Assembly: GCA_963767925.1 (NCBI GenBank)
Contig: CAVYGB010000006.1
Coordinates: 256,001-320,000 of the forward strand
DNA: 64,000 nucleotides
Source of the DNA: an uncultured delta proteobacterium
GTDB taxonomy: Bacteria > Myxococcota_A > Polyangia > Fen-1088
Direction: 5' to 3'
The position numbers were made by a program, and so were the translations under genes. Shown one piece after another: positions 1 through 8,616 of this stretch. A model generated the notes under the pieces. The model was not told the origin of the DNA. It searched no databases and saw only the letters and a list, made by a program, of their open reading frames with translations. Every line of letters starts with the position of its first letter. Position 1 is the stretch's first letter.

Positions 1-1412
1 GCTCTTCCACGAGCCGCTGGAAGGGCAACTCCGCGTGGTTGAAGGCGTCGACCATGGTCCGACGCACGCGCTTTATCACCTCGATGAAAGTCGGATCACC
101 CGAGAGGTTCGTGCGGAGCACCAGCTCGTTGACGAAGCACCCGATGAGCCGGGCGGTCTCGGAGCGATCCCGATTCGCGAAGTCCGTTCCCACCAGCAAG
201 TCCCGCCGTCCCGTGCGAACGTGCAGCATGACGTTGAAGGCGGCGAACAGCGTCATGAACAGGGTGGCTTGCTCGGCTCGGGCCAGGTCGCGTACCCGTT
301 CAAACATCCGGCGGTCGACCAGCACCTTCTCGACCGCACCGTTCGCCGTGCGAATCTTCGGGCGCGGCTTTTCGAGTGAAACCTCGAGGGTGAAAGGAGC
401 CCCTGCCAGCTTGCGCTTCCAGTATTCGACCTCGGCGGCGACAGCGGCAGGCGTCAGCGTCCGGACCTGCCACTCGGCGTAGTCGGCGTACTGTACCGTC
501 AAGCCCGGGAGCAGGGAGGTGTCACCCTTGCTCGCGAACAGCACCCCCAGCTCTTCCAGAAAGACACCCACCGACCATTCGTCCCCGATGATGTGATGCA
601 GGGTGAGCAGAAGAAGCCGCTCGTCCGGCGCGGTACGAAAGCTGTTGATCCGCAGCAGCGGACCGGACGTCAGATCGAAGGGCCGCACCGCCTCGGCCAC
701 GAGGGCGGCCATCACCGCCTCATCGCGCTCCGACGGCGGTACCTCCTCAAAGCTCCGTTCGGCGATGGCGATCTCCCGGCTCGGGGCGATGATCTGCAGC
801 GGACCGGCCGGGCCCTCCACGAAATTGGTCCGGAGGATCTCGTGGCGGGCGATGATGGCGTTGACACATGCCTGCAGCCGCTGCAGATCCAGGGGCCCGG
901 TTGCGCATACGCCGGTGGCGATGTTGTGGGTGCCCGACCCAGGCGCCAGCTTCTCCATGAACCACAGGCCGCGCTGGGCGTACGAGAGCTCGGCGGTCAC
1001 CGCCCCCTCGACCGACGGGGCCAGCAGCCGCTCGAGCAGCAGCCTGCGTTGAGGCCCGGTGAGGACCGGCACACGCTCCCGCAGCCGGGCGAGGCTTGCC
1101 GTCCCGTCCGCCCTGAGGAGGTGACCGAGCTCGGCGGTCACCTGGTCATCCCCGAGCGACGCCACGCGGGCGCGATGCAGGTCTCGTGCGTCTACCCGCG
1201 GGCGGGCCTGGATCTTGGGTCGAGCGCCCCCTGCTCCTCCGTCCAGCTCCTGCAACCGCCGGAGCAGGGTCTCCTTCTGACCGCGCGTCAACCGGGACAG
1301 TCGATTCTTGCAGTCCGGAGAGCTGGGGGAGGTCGACGAGGATCTGGGCGATCCGGACGTCGAGATCCCCGTCCTTCGGCGGCCCGGCGACGGCTTCGCT
1401 CGAAGCACTCAT
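1..1412 (-). CDS. NRPS (partial, continues off left edge): N-terminal docking-like region plus LCL-type condensation domain; apparent +1 frameshift near 1310
   Basis: Hand translation of the minus strand below ~1308 gives ELSYAQRGLWFMEKL...IIARHEILRTNF...LLLTLHHIIGDEWSVGVFLEEL...ELPFQRLVEE, open to base 1. The ATG at 1412 overlaps the upstream TGA (ATGA) but is in another frame (ORF 1146..1412). Confidence 0.85.
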
Positions 1413-3322
1413 CCCGCCGCCTTGGCGCTGAGCACGTCGGCCAGCAAGGAGTCGACGTCGGCGTCTGTCATCTGGTTGCCCTTGTCGGTCGCCCCACCCG
1501 GTGCTCCTGGCTGGAGCGGCTGGGCGCCGTCGTTCGCCGGCTCGGCCCGACGCCTCTCCTCTATCACGCGAACCACCTGCTCCACGGCGGGAAACTCGAA
1601 CAAGGTTGCCAGCGGCAGCTCCACCTCGAAATGAGTGGAGAGGCGGGCGAGGAGGCTCATCGCCAGCAAGGAGTGTCCCCCCATGCGGAAGAAGTCCTCG
1701 TTCACGCCTATCGAGTCCCGCCCCAGCACCTCGGCGAAGATGCGGGCCGCGTCCGCTTCAGCCCGGTTGCGGGGGCTGATGGGATCGACGTTGCTGCTCG
1801 TCTGCTCTGGCGCGGGGAGGGACTTCCGGTCGATCTTCCCCGTCGCGGTGCGAGGCAGCCAGTCGAGCTCGACGAAGGCGGAGGGGACGAGGTGGTCGGG
1901 CAAGCTGGCCGAGATGGCCTGGCGTACCTTCTCGATCGACCCCTCCTCGCTGGGCACGAGGTAGGCGCACAGGAAGGCGCTGCCCTGGCGGTCGGCGCGT
2001 CCCACCGCCGCCACCTCCTTCACCAGCCCCGTCGCGAGAATGGCGCTCTCGATCTCGCCGAGCTCCACCCGCACGCCGCGGATCTTGACTTGCTGGTCGC
2101 GGCGTCCGATGAACTCCAGGCTGCCATCTTCGAGCACCCGCCCGAGATCGCCCGTCCGGTAGACGATGTCGTCGGGTTCGTCGCCCAAGGGATTGGGCAC
2201 GAACACCTGTTCGGTCAACTCGGGGTTGTTGAAGTACCCCAGGGTGGCAAAGTCGGTCTTGATGTAGATCTCACCTACCGTCCCCTGCTCGGCGGGACCT
2301 CCCGCATCGTCCAGGACGAGCACGCTGGCTCCCGGCATGGCTCGACCGATCGGGACCGAACGGCGAACCCCGTCCTCGGGCCGGACCCGATGAAACAGCT
2401 TCACCATGGTGGTTTCGGTTGGCCCGTAGAGGTTCACGAGCCGGACGCGATCTCCGAACACCTGCGTCCAGCGCTGGACGTCGCTGGGCAGCAGGGGCTC
2501 GCCTGCCAGGGCGACGTGGCGAAGGGCCGGAAACAGGTCCGGGCGGAGAGGCTCCGCCAGGATGGTGCGAAAGAGCGAGGGAACCGCGTGCACGATCTCG
2601 ATCCGGGTCCCGTCGAGCCAGGCGACGAGGCGCCTGGGATCGAGTACGGTTTCGCGGCTCTCCGGAACGCACATGGTCCCACCGGCACACAGCGCCGTGA
2701 AGGTGTCGCGCAGGAATGCGTCGAACACGAAGGAGGTGAGCTGGGATACCCGGGTCCCTGGCCCCACGGCGAGCGCCTCCATCTCCCAGCGGACGAAGTG
2801 GTCGATGCTCTTGAGCCGGCCAGCGATCGCCTTCGGCCGGCCAGTAGAACCCGAGGTAAAGTAGACGTAACACATGTCCTCCGGCTCCGAGACGCCGGGA
2901 GGCGACTGCTCCGACCCGCGGGCGGCGCTCAGCTCGATGCCAACCACGGGCACGTCGCTCCTCCCCACCTTCTCGTGGACCGCTGCCCGCAGAGGCTCAG
3001 CGGCCAGAACGAAGGCGGGGGCGACCTGGGCGGTGAGGGCCCGGATCCGTGCCGCTGGTTGCTGGAGGTCGACGGGAACGAACACCGCGCCGATCTTGAG
3101 CGTGGCGAGCATCGAGGCCACCGCCGAGGGCGTGTTTGCCGCGGCCACGTATACGAGGGCGCCTTTGCGGGCTCCTCGGTCCAGGAGATCGTTTCCCAGC
3201 TGGTTCGACCACAGGTCGAGCTGCCGGTAGCTGAGCTCCTGCTGTCCGCTCAGGATGGCCGCCCGGTCGGGGTGGGCGAGGGCCGCCCGCTGGAACATCT
3301 CATGCACAAATGGTAGCCGCAT
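1409..3322 (-). CDS. Stand-alone NRPS A-T didomain (no C domain); code DARHAALMVK, probably (D-)Asp-type
   Basis: YVYFTSGSTGRPK, NLYGPTETT, YRTGDLG, QVKIRGVRVELGEIE; PCP FFRMGGHSLLA; C-terminal docking-like MTDADVDSLLADVL. Code hand-read by alignment to GrsA. Confidence 0.92.
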   Translation of the reverse strand: MRLPFVHEMFQRAALAHPDRAAILSGQQELSYRQLDLWSNQLGNDLLDRGARKGALVYVAAANTPSAVASMLATLKIGAVFVPVDLQQPAARIRALTAQVAPAFVLAAEPLRAAVHEKVGRSDVPVVGIELSAARGSEQSPPGVSEPEDMCYVYFTSGSTGRPKAIAGRLKSIDHFVRWEMEALAVGPGTRVSQLTSFVFDAFLRDTFTALCAGGTMCVPESRETVLDPRRLVAWLDGTRIEIVHAVPSLFRTILAEPLRPDLFPALRHVALAGEPLLPSDVQRWTQVFGDRVRLVNLYGPTETTMVKLFHRVRPEDGVRRSVPIGRAMPGASVLVLDDAGGPAEQGTVGEIYIKTDFATLGYFNNPELTEQVFVPNPLGDEPDDIVYRTGDLGRVLEDGSLEFIGRRDQQVKIRGVRVELGEIESAILATGLVKEVAAVGRADRQGSAFLCAYLVPSEEGSIEKVRQAISASLPDHLVPSAFVELDWLPRTATGKIDRKSLPAPEQTSSNVDPISPRNRAEADAARIFAEVLGRDSIGVNEDFFRMGGHSLLAMSLLARLSTHFEVELPLATLFEFPAVEQVVRVIEERRRAEPANDGAQPLQPGAPGGATDKGNQMTDADVDSLLADVLSAKAAG

Positions 3323-4031
3323 TCTCTTCCTCCGCGGTTCGCCGAGCTATGGCAGACAAAGGATCGATGACCTCGAACTGCTGATTGAGGGCCGTCAGAC
3401 CGGCGCTCTCCCGAGAGAGCAGGTGAAGCTCCGTGCAGCCGGCGATGATTCCTCGCACCTGGTGCCGCACCGCAAGCTCCTGCACGACCCGTTCGAGCAC
3501 CTCCGTCTGGTGCTCGCGCTTGACCCGATAGATGGCCTGGTGCAGGCGCTCCTGCTCTTCCTCCGAGAGCTCGGCGATCCGCTCGCGGGAGCGGCGCCAG
3601 GCCGGATGATCGTGGAACAACCTCAGCTTCCTGGCGCCCGTGGTGCAAGCCAGCAGCACCCGCTGGTCGAACCGCAGCAACTCTTCGAAGACTGTGTCGA
3701 CCAGGGAGACCACCCGCCGGCGCAGGTCCGCCCTCACCAGGGGCAACAGGTGGTGCATGGTGACGCAGCAGATCACGACCTGTTCGGCCCCCTGGGCGAG
3801 CAGGCTTCCGATGCCTCCCTCCAGATCACGAAGCAGCGGCCGGTGATCGCCTCCGTTGAGGAACGTCGCCGTGCGATCCCCGATCTTGGGGTTCGAGTTG
3901 AGCAAGACGATCGGCGAGTCCTGCTCGATGCGGCCCCGGTACATCCCGTAGATGGTTCGTACGAACGCGGCCGACGCCAGCGGCCCCATGCCGCCGAGCA
4001 CGCCTATGGGCGACACCTGTGATTGCCTCAT
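3300..4031 (-). CDS. Aspartate/glutamate racemase (McyF-like)
   Basis: GVLGGMGPLAS, DRT, ICCVTMH and AGCTELHLL (both catalytic Cys), C-terminal IDPLSAIA. Confidence 0.9.
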   Translation of the reverse strand: MRQSQVSPIGVLGGMGPLASAAFVRTIYGMYRGRIEQDSPIVLLNSNPKIGDRTATFLNGGDHRPLLRDLEGGIGSLLAQGAEQVVICCVTMHHLLPLVRADLRRRVVSLVDTVFEELLRFDQRVLLACTTGARKLRLFHDHPAWRRSRERIAELSEEEQERLHQAIYRVKREHQTEVLERVVQELAVRHQVRGIIAGCTELHLLSRESAGLTALNQQFEVIDPLSAIARRTAEEENAATICA

Positions 4032-4049
4032 TTTGCCCTCTCCTCCTGT

Positions 4050-5030
4050 CTACTGGCCGGTCATCGCCACGAGCACCTTGCGGTCGCCCTTGAAAGGCAT
4101 CCGACCGTGGGCCACCAGCATGTTGTCCACCATCAGAAAGTCTCCGGGGCGCCAGGGGAAGCGAGTCATCTGCGCGCGGGTGGTCTCGCGGATGGCGGCC
4201 AGGTCCTCGATCGGTATCTTGCCGCCGTCACCAAAGAAGGCGTTCTGGGGAAAGAGCTCCTCCCGTCCCTGGTAAAGAACGAGCATCGACTCGTAGATCG
4301 CCCGAGGGTGGGTCGACGGATGAAATTGATCGGCCTGGTTGAACCAGACCTCCTCCCCGGTCAGCGGATGAAGTGCGGTAGCCGGACGGACAGAGGACAG
4401 GCGAACCGCCCCTTCGGCCAGCCACTCGAGCGTCATCCCAGAGGCCCGGGCGTAATGCTCGATGTCCGACCGCGCTTCTGTCTGGAAGGTCTTCTGCCAG
4501 GAGGGTCCGAACCCCTTGCCCCCATGCATGTGACGGACGTAGCGGACACCTCTGCTCCGGAACCTCTCGAGGAGCGGCGCCGGCAGCGCCTTCAGCAAAC
4601 CCCGGCTGTCCACCAGCGGCGTCTCTCCGCCCTCTGGCGGCGCCTGGACGCAGCAGAAGAACAGCCGGCGGGGCCAGGAGCCCGAGTAGGAGAGCTCGTT
4701 GTGCAGAGAGATGAAGTAGCTGGCGGGGTATTCGGTCGACGTGTAGACGCCGGCCCCCACCTTGGTGCGGGGCGAGTTGCCGTCGACGTAGTCCAGGGTC
4801 TCCCGCTTGAGGTCAGCCATCACCTGCCCGAAGACCTCCGCCTCGCCCACCTGGAAGCCCCGGAACAGGATCGCCCCGTGCTGGTACAGACACGGGTCGA
4901 GACGCTCATCCTCCCGGAACAGTCGCAGGAGACTCTCGCGACCGTCAGGACGGTTGGCGCCGTCCAGCTCGATGACGAAGGGAAGTGCGCGCGCTGGCGT
5001 CGCCTGCTTCGCCGCCTGGAGCATCGTCAT
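4050..5030 (-). CDS. Stand-alone Fe(II)/2-oxoglutarate TauD/SyrP-family aminoacyl beta-hydroxylase
   Basis: GAILFRGF, YTSTEYP, LHNELSY (HxE), GGETP, WFNQA, DNMLVAHGRMPFKGDRKVLVAM. Confidence 0.92.
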   Translation of the reverse strand: MTMLQAAKQATPARALPFVIELDGANRPDGRESLLRLFREDERLDPCLYQHGAILFRGFQVGEAEVFGQVMADLKRETLDYVDGNSPRTKVGAGVYTSTEYPASYFISLHNELSYSGSWPRRLFFCCVQAPPEGGETPLVDSRGLLKALPAPLLERFRSRGVRYVRHMHGGKGFGPSWQKTFQTEARSDIEHYARASGMTLEWLAEGAVRLSSVRPATALHPLTGEEVWFNQADQFHPSTHPRAIYESMLVLYQGREELFPQNAFFGDGGKIPIEDLAAIRETTRAQMTRFPWRPGDFLMVDNMLVAHGRMPFKGDRKVLVAMTGQ

Positions 5031-5033
5031 GAC

Positions 5034-6902
5034 CTAGGCGAGCTCCGGCATGGAGAAGATCTCCTGAAAGAGCCCGAAGGTCGCGACCACCATCAGCCAG
5101 TCGCTCTCGAAGGGCTGCTTCAGCCGGAAGTTTGGCGCGGAGTACTGGCGCTTGAGCGTCTCGATGAAACCAGGGTCGAAGTAGCCCTGCCGACGGATGG
5201 TGGCCGGCGACAACATGTCATGGATCCACTCGACTCCCTGTTGCAGCATCTCCGGGCTTCCGGGGGCGTACCAGCCGAACTTCTCCCGGCGCTGGATGGC
5301 CTCGGGGAGCACGTCCTTGCCCATCCGCCGCAGGAGATACTTCTCGGTATAGCCACGCAGCTTCAGGTTCGGAGGAATCTTCCGGGCGTATTCGATGAAT
5401 CCGATGTCGAGGAAGGGGTATCGAGCTTCGACGGAGTTTGCCAGTGCCATCGCGTCCCCGTGATCCATGAGGAGGTGGTCGGCCATCCTGAGCTTGAAGT
5501 CGAGGTAGGATCGCTGGTGCACCGGGTGGCGGCCCACGATCCGATCCTTCCGGACCAGGGGGTGTTGCAGGCAGTTGAACTGAGGAAAGGCGCCTTGCAC
5601 CTCCCGGGAGTAGAGCAGTGGCCGCCGCTGCTGGTCGTCGTAGTAGTCGAGCTCGTAGTGGACGTTGGCGTCACCCCAGAGCGCCTCCCGCATCCTCTCC
5701 TCGACCAGCTCGCCGGGTTGGGCGTTGCCCAGGGCCCGTTCGGTCCGGGCCCGGTCGAATCGATAGCCAACGTAGCCGGCGAAGAGCTCATCTGCCCCTT
5801 CTCCGGTCAAGATGACCTTTATCCCCTCCGCCCGGGCGGCCCGCGAGAGCTCCATGGAGCAGGTGTTGTAGGTCTCCTTTACCGGACACTCGGCGTGATA
5901 GATCATGGGTCGCATCAGACTGGCCGCCCGGTTCCAGTCGAAGCGCGCGCTGTGCAACTGGCAACCCACCTGGTCGGCCATGAGCTGCTGGAATCGCTGC
6001 TCGTCGGCGCGCTGGTCGGCGAAGGTGATCGAGAAGGCGTGGCGGCCAAGGCCTGGCTCGATCTGGCTGATGAAGGCGGCCGTGAGCGATGAGTCCAGCC
6101 CCCCGCTAAGATAGAAGCCGACCGGCACGTCGGCCTGCAGGCGATAACGAACCGAGCGGGTGAATGCCTCGGTCAAGCCCTCGAGATACTTCTCCTCGGG
6201 TTCATCGGGCTGATCGGCCGCCGCGGGGTAGTCCAGGTCCCAGTACTCGTGATCCTGGACTCCCTGGGCGTCGACAAGCAGGTAGTGTCCGGGAGCGAGC
6301 CGCTGAATCCCCTTGAAGACGGTGCGCGGGCTGACCAGCCCCGGAAAGGTCAGGATCTGGTCGAGGCCGGTCAGGTCCACCTCCCGCGAAACCGCGGGGT
6401 GCTTCAAGATGGCCTTTATCTCCGAGCCGAACACGAAGGTCCCCTTGGCGGTCGTGAAATGCAGGGGCGCGATGCCGACGTGATCGCGGGCCAACATCAA
6501 CCGCCGCCGGGTGCGATCCAGCAGGGCAAAAGCGAACTGTCCGTTGAGCTTTCGCACCATCTCGGGTCCGTGCTCTTCATAGAGATGGACCAGCACCTCC
6601 ACGTCGCACTGGCTGCGGAACCTGTGACCGCGGGCCTCCAGCTCCGCGCGCAGCTCCTTGTAGTTGTAGATCTCGCCGTTACAGACCACGGCCACCGACT
6701 CGTCTTCATTGAACAGCGGCTGGTCGCCGGTGGTCAGGTCGATGATGGCCAGACGACGAAAGCCCAGGGCCACGTAGGTGTCCTGAAAGGACCCGTCCGC
6801 GTCAGGCCCGCGATGTCGGAGGGTCTCGGCCATCCGTCCGATCAAGGAGGGGTCGGATCGAGCACCGGTGCCCATATCGAAGTATCCAGCAATTCCGCAC
6901 AT
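5034..6902 (-). CDS. asnB: Asparagine synthetase (glutamine-hydrolysing)-family amidotransferase
   Basis: Start reassigned to ATG 6902 giving MCGIAG (Ntn Cys2); RHRGPD, RRLAIID, NGEIYN, LSGGLDSS, TGEGADELFAGY, EARYPFLD. Confidence 0.93.
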   Translation of the reverse strand: MCGIAGYFDMGTGARSDPSLIGRMAETLRHRGPDADGSFQDTYVALGFRRLAIIDLTTGDQPLFNEDESVAVVCNGEIYNYKELRAELEARGHRFRSQCDVEVLVHLYEEHGPEMVRKLNGQFAFALLDRTRRRLMLARDHVGIAPLHFTTAKGTFVFGSEIKAILKHPAVSREVDLTGLDQILTFPGLVSPRTVFKGIQRLAPGHYLLVDAQGVQDHEYWDLDYPAAADQPDEPEEKYLEGLTEAFTRSVRYRLQADVPVGFYLSGGLDSSLTAAFISQIEPGLGRHAFSITFADQRADEQRFQQLMADQVGCQLHSARFDWNRAASLMRPMIYHAECPVKETYNTCSMELSRAARAEGIKVILTGEGADELFAGYVGYRFDRARTERALGNAQPGELVEERMREALWGDANVHYELDYYDDQQRRPLLYSREVQGAFPQFNCLQHPLVRKDRIVGRHPVHQRSYLDFKLRMADHLLMDHGDAMALANSVEARYPFLDIGFIEYARKIPPNLKLRGYTEKYLLRRMGKDVLPEAIQRREKFGWYAPGSPEMLQQGVEWIHDMLSPATIRRQGYFDPGFIETLKRQYSAPNFRLKQPFESDWLMVVATFGLFQEIFSMPELA

Positions 6903-6919
6903 GACTTCTCCTGACTCCG

Positions 6920-7471
6920 TCAGACGGCGATGGCCCGGCGGAGCTCCGCCCCTTGCCGGCAGAGGTCGGGGAGCAGCTCGAGTTGCTCCGCTTTCACTTC
7001 CGCTGCCACCGCCCGCTGAAGCATGGTCACCGAAACGATCACCCGGAGCCGCTCCCGAGTCGCGAGCAGGACCCCCTCGAGACCGGCGAGCGGGCCGGCG
7101 ATCACCCGCACCCGCTGGCCGACCCGCAGGGAGGCGGGCTCGGCGGGTACGCCCAGCTCGACGATCCGGCGAACCGCCTCCACCTCCGCCTCGGGGACGG
7201 CGAGGGGAGCATTGTTGACGCCCAGCAAGCGAATAACGCCGTTGACCTGGATTATCCGGTGAGGGTTGTCTTTGGCGTAACGGCAGAACAGATATCCCGG
7301 AAACAGCGGCAGGCGGGCTCGCTCGTTCCCGAGGGCGCCGCGCGGGCGGTACAGCGGCAGGAACTGTTCGTAGCCATGGCGGCTGAGCTGTGTGGCGACG
7401 ACCCTTTCGTAGTTGGTGCGGACCAGAACCGCTATCCAATCACCTTCGCGGCAGCTACGTGAATTCAGCAT
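6920..7471 (-). CDS. NusG/RfaH-family transcription antiterminator paralogue (UpxY/LoaP/TaA-like), ~183 aa
   Basis: NGN domain WIAVLVRTNYE...FLPLY...PLFPGYLFCR...GVIRLLG; KOW GQRVRVIAGPLAGLEG. ATG 7471 preferred because the longer ORF extension lies in the conserved leader. Not in secE/rplK context. Confidence 0.9.
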   Translation of the reverse strand: MLNSRSCREGDWIAVLVRTNYERVVATQLSRHGYEQFLPLYRPRGALGNERARLPLFPGYLFCRYAKDNPHRIIQVNGVIRLLGVNNAPLAVPEAEVEAVRRIVELGVPAEPASLRVGQRVRVIAGPLAGLEGVLLATRERLRVIVSVTMLQRAVAAEVKAEQLELLPDLCRQGAELRRAIAV

Positions 7472-7534
7472 GTCTTTCCCCACTGTTTCTCCGAGGAGTC
7501 TCGCCGCAGCCCTCTCCTCCGCCTGAGTCAGGAA

Positions 7535-7690
7535 GGCAGGCTGCCGCCACATCGAGCGACCGCGCGAGTGCCGCTGACATCGCAGCACCGATTCGCCGAG
7601 AGGCTCGCGGCGGCCTCGCTGACGTCCAGTCGCTTCGGAGACAATGGCAGAGGGGAAAGAAGCGAGCACGTCTGCATTTTCGATACGCGG
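7535..7690 (-). promoter_or_regulatory. Conserved leader copy A with ops-like element (7535-7549)
   Basis: Blocks 7666-7690, 7605-7618, 7568-7578, 7535-7549 match 32641-32665 (23/25), 32596-32609 (12/14), 32545-32555 (11/11), 32504-32518 (15/15). Confidence 0.8.
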
Positions 7691-7721
7691 TTTACCGAAG
7701 CGCCCGAGCGCAAGCCCGACC

Positions 7722-8456
7722 TCACAGGCTGAGGGCGGGCGGCTCCAACTCGGTTGCGGCCGCCCCGGACGTCGCTCCGGCGAGCTGACCGTCGAACAGT
7801 TGCACGTTGCGCGTCGCCAGGCGGGCGTAGTCCGGGTTGTGCGTCACCATGCAGATGGTGGAGCCCGAGACGTGGAGCTCCCGCAGCAGATCCATGACCG
7901 CGTCGCCGTTCTTCGAGTCGAGGTTTCCGGTGGGCTCGTCGGCGAGGAGGACGAGCGGGTCGCCCGCCACCGCTCGTGCCACCGCGACCCGCTGCTGCTG
8001 TCCACCGGAGAGCTGACCAGGCATGTGCCGGCCCCGGTGGGTCATGGCCACCCGATCGAGGGCCATATGTACGCGCTCGCGCCGCTCCGCTGCCGGCAGC
8101 CCCCGGTAGGTGAGCGGCAGCTCGACGTTCTCGAAGACGGTCAGATCGCCGAGGAGATTGAAGGACTGGAAGATGAAGCCCAGGTGGCGGTTGCGGATGA
8201 GGGCCCGCCGCCGTGGGCGCAGATCGTTGACCCGGTCCCCACCCAGGTGGTAGGTGCCGGCGCTGGGCGTATCGAGGAGACCCAGGATCGAAAGCAAGGT
8301 CGTCTTCCCGGAGCCGGAGGGACCCTCGATCGACACGAACTCTCCCCGGGTGATACGCATATCGATGCCTTGGAGCGCGTACGTCTCCATCTCCGCCGTC
8401 GAGAAGACCTTCTCCACGCCCGCGAGCTCGATGAGCACTTCTTGTGACCCACTCAT
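7722..8456 (-). CDS. ABC transporter ATP-binding protein (LolD/MacB-type), no adjacent permease
   Basis: [47 protein letters not shown]. Confidence 0.95.
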   Translation of the reverse strand: MSGSQEVLIELAGVEKVFSTAEMETYALQGIDMRITRGEFVSIEGPSGSGKTTLLSILGLLDTPSAGTYHLGGDRVNDLRPRRRALIRNRHLGFIFQSFNLLGDLTVFENVELPLTYRGLPAAERRERVHMALDRVAMTHRGRHMPGQLSGGQQQRVAVARAVAGDPLVLLADEPTGNLDSKNGDAVMDLLRELHVSGSTICMVTHNPDYARLATRNVQLFDGQLAGATSGAAATELEPPALSL

Positions 8457-8513
8457 GGACTCTCCTTACGATGTGGCCGAAGTAGGAATCCTCGCGATGG
8501 CCAGCCTCGAGGA

Positions 8514-8530
8514 AGCGAGCTTCGTGCCAG
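8514..8530 (-). promoter_or_regulatory. Putative sigma54 (-24/-12) promoter for the ABC ATPase gene
   Basis: Minus strand CTGGCACGAAGCTCGCT versus consensus TGGCACG-N4-TTGCW; GG-N10-GC spacing exact; ~58 nt upstream of ATG 8456. Confidence 0.6.
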
Positions 8531-8569
8531 CCCTGGTACCGCGCGGGATTGGGGTCAGCCGGGCTGCTT

Positions 8570-8606
8570 TGACCGGTTCTGGGACTTCGCGTCCCAGAAC
8601 CGGTCA
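8570..8606 (-). terminator. Perfect 16-bp stem-loop directly after the PKS stop (terminator-like, no U-tract)
   Basis: tgaccggttctgggac-ttcgc-gtcccagaaccggtca. Confidence 0.6.
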
Positions 8607-8616
8607 GCGGGGGCGC

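Noticed and set aside
7446..7460. tcgcggcagctacgt resembling leader block 2
   Set aside because: Inside the NusG-paralogue coding start and not collinear with the other blocks; may be chance in GC-rich DNA.
6903..7669. N-terminal ORF-track extensions of asnB (to 7439) and the NusG paralogue (to 7669)
   Set aside because: AsnB needs Cys at position 2 (ATG 6902); the NusG extension runs through the conserved non-coding leader. Similar over-extensions were trimmed for the PKS, FAAL NRPS, C domain, BtuF-like, DUF1080 and GH88 genes.
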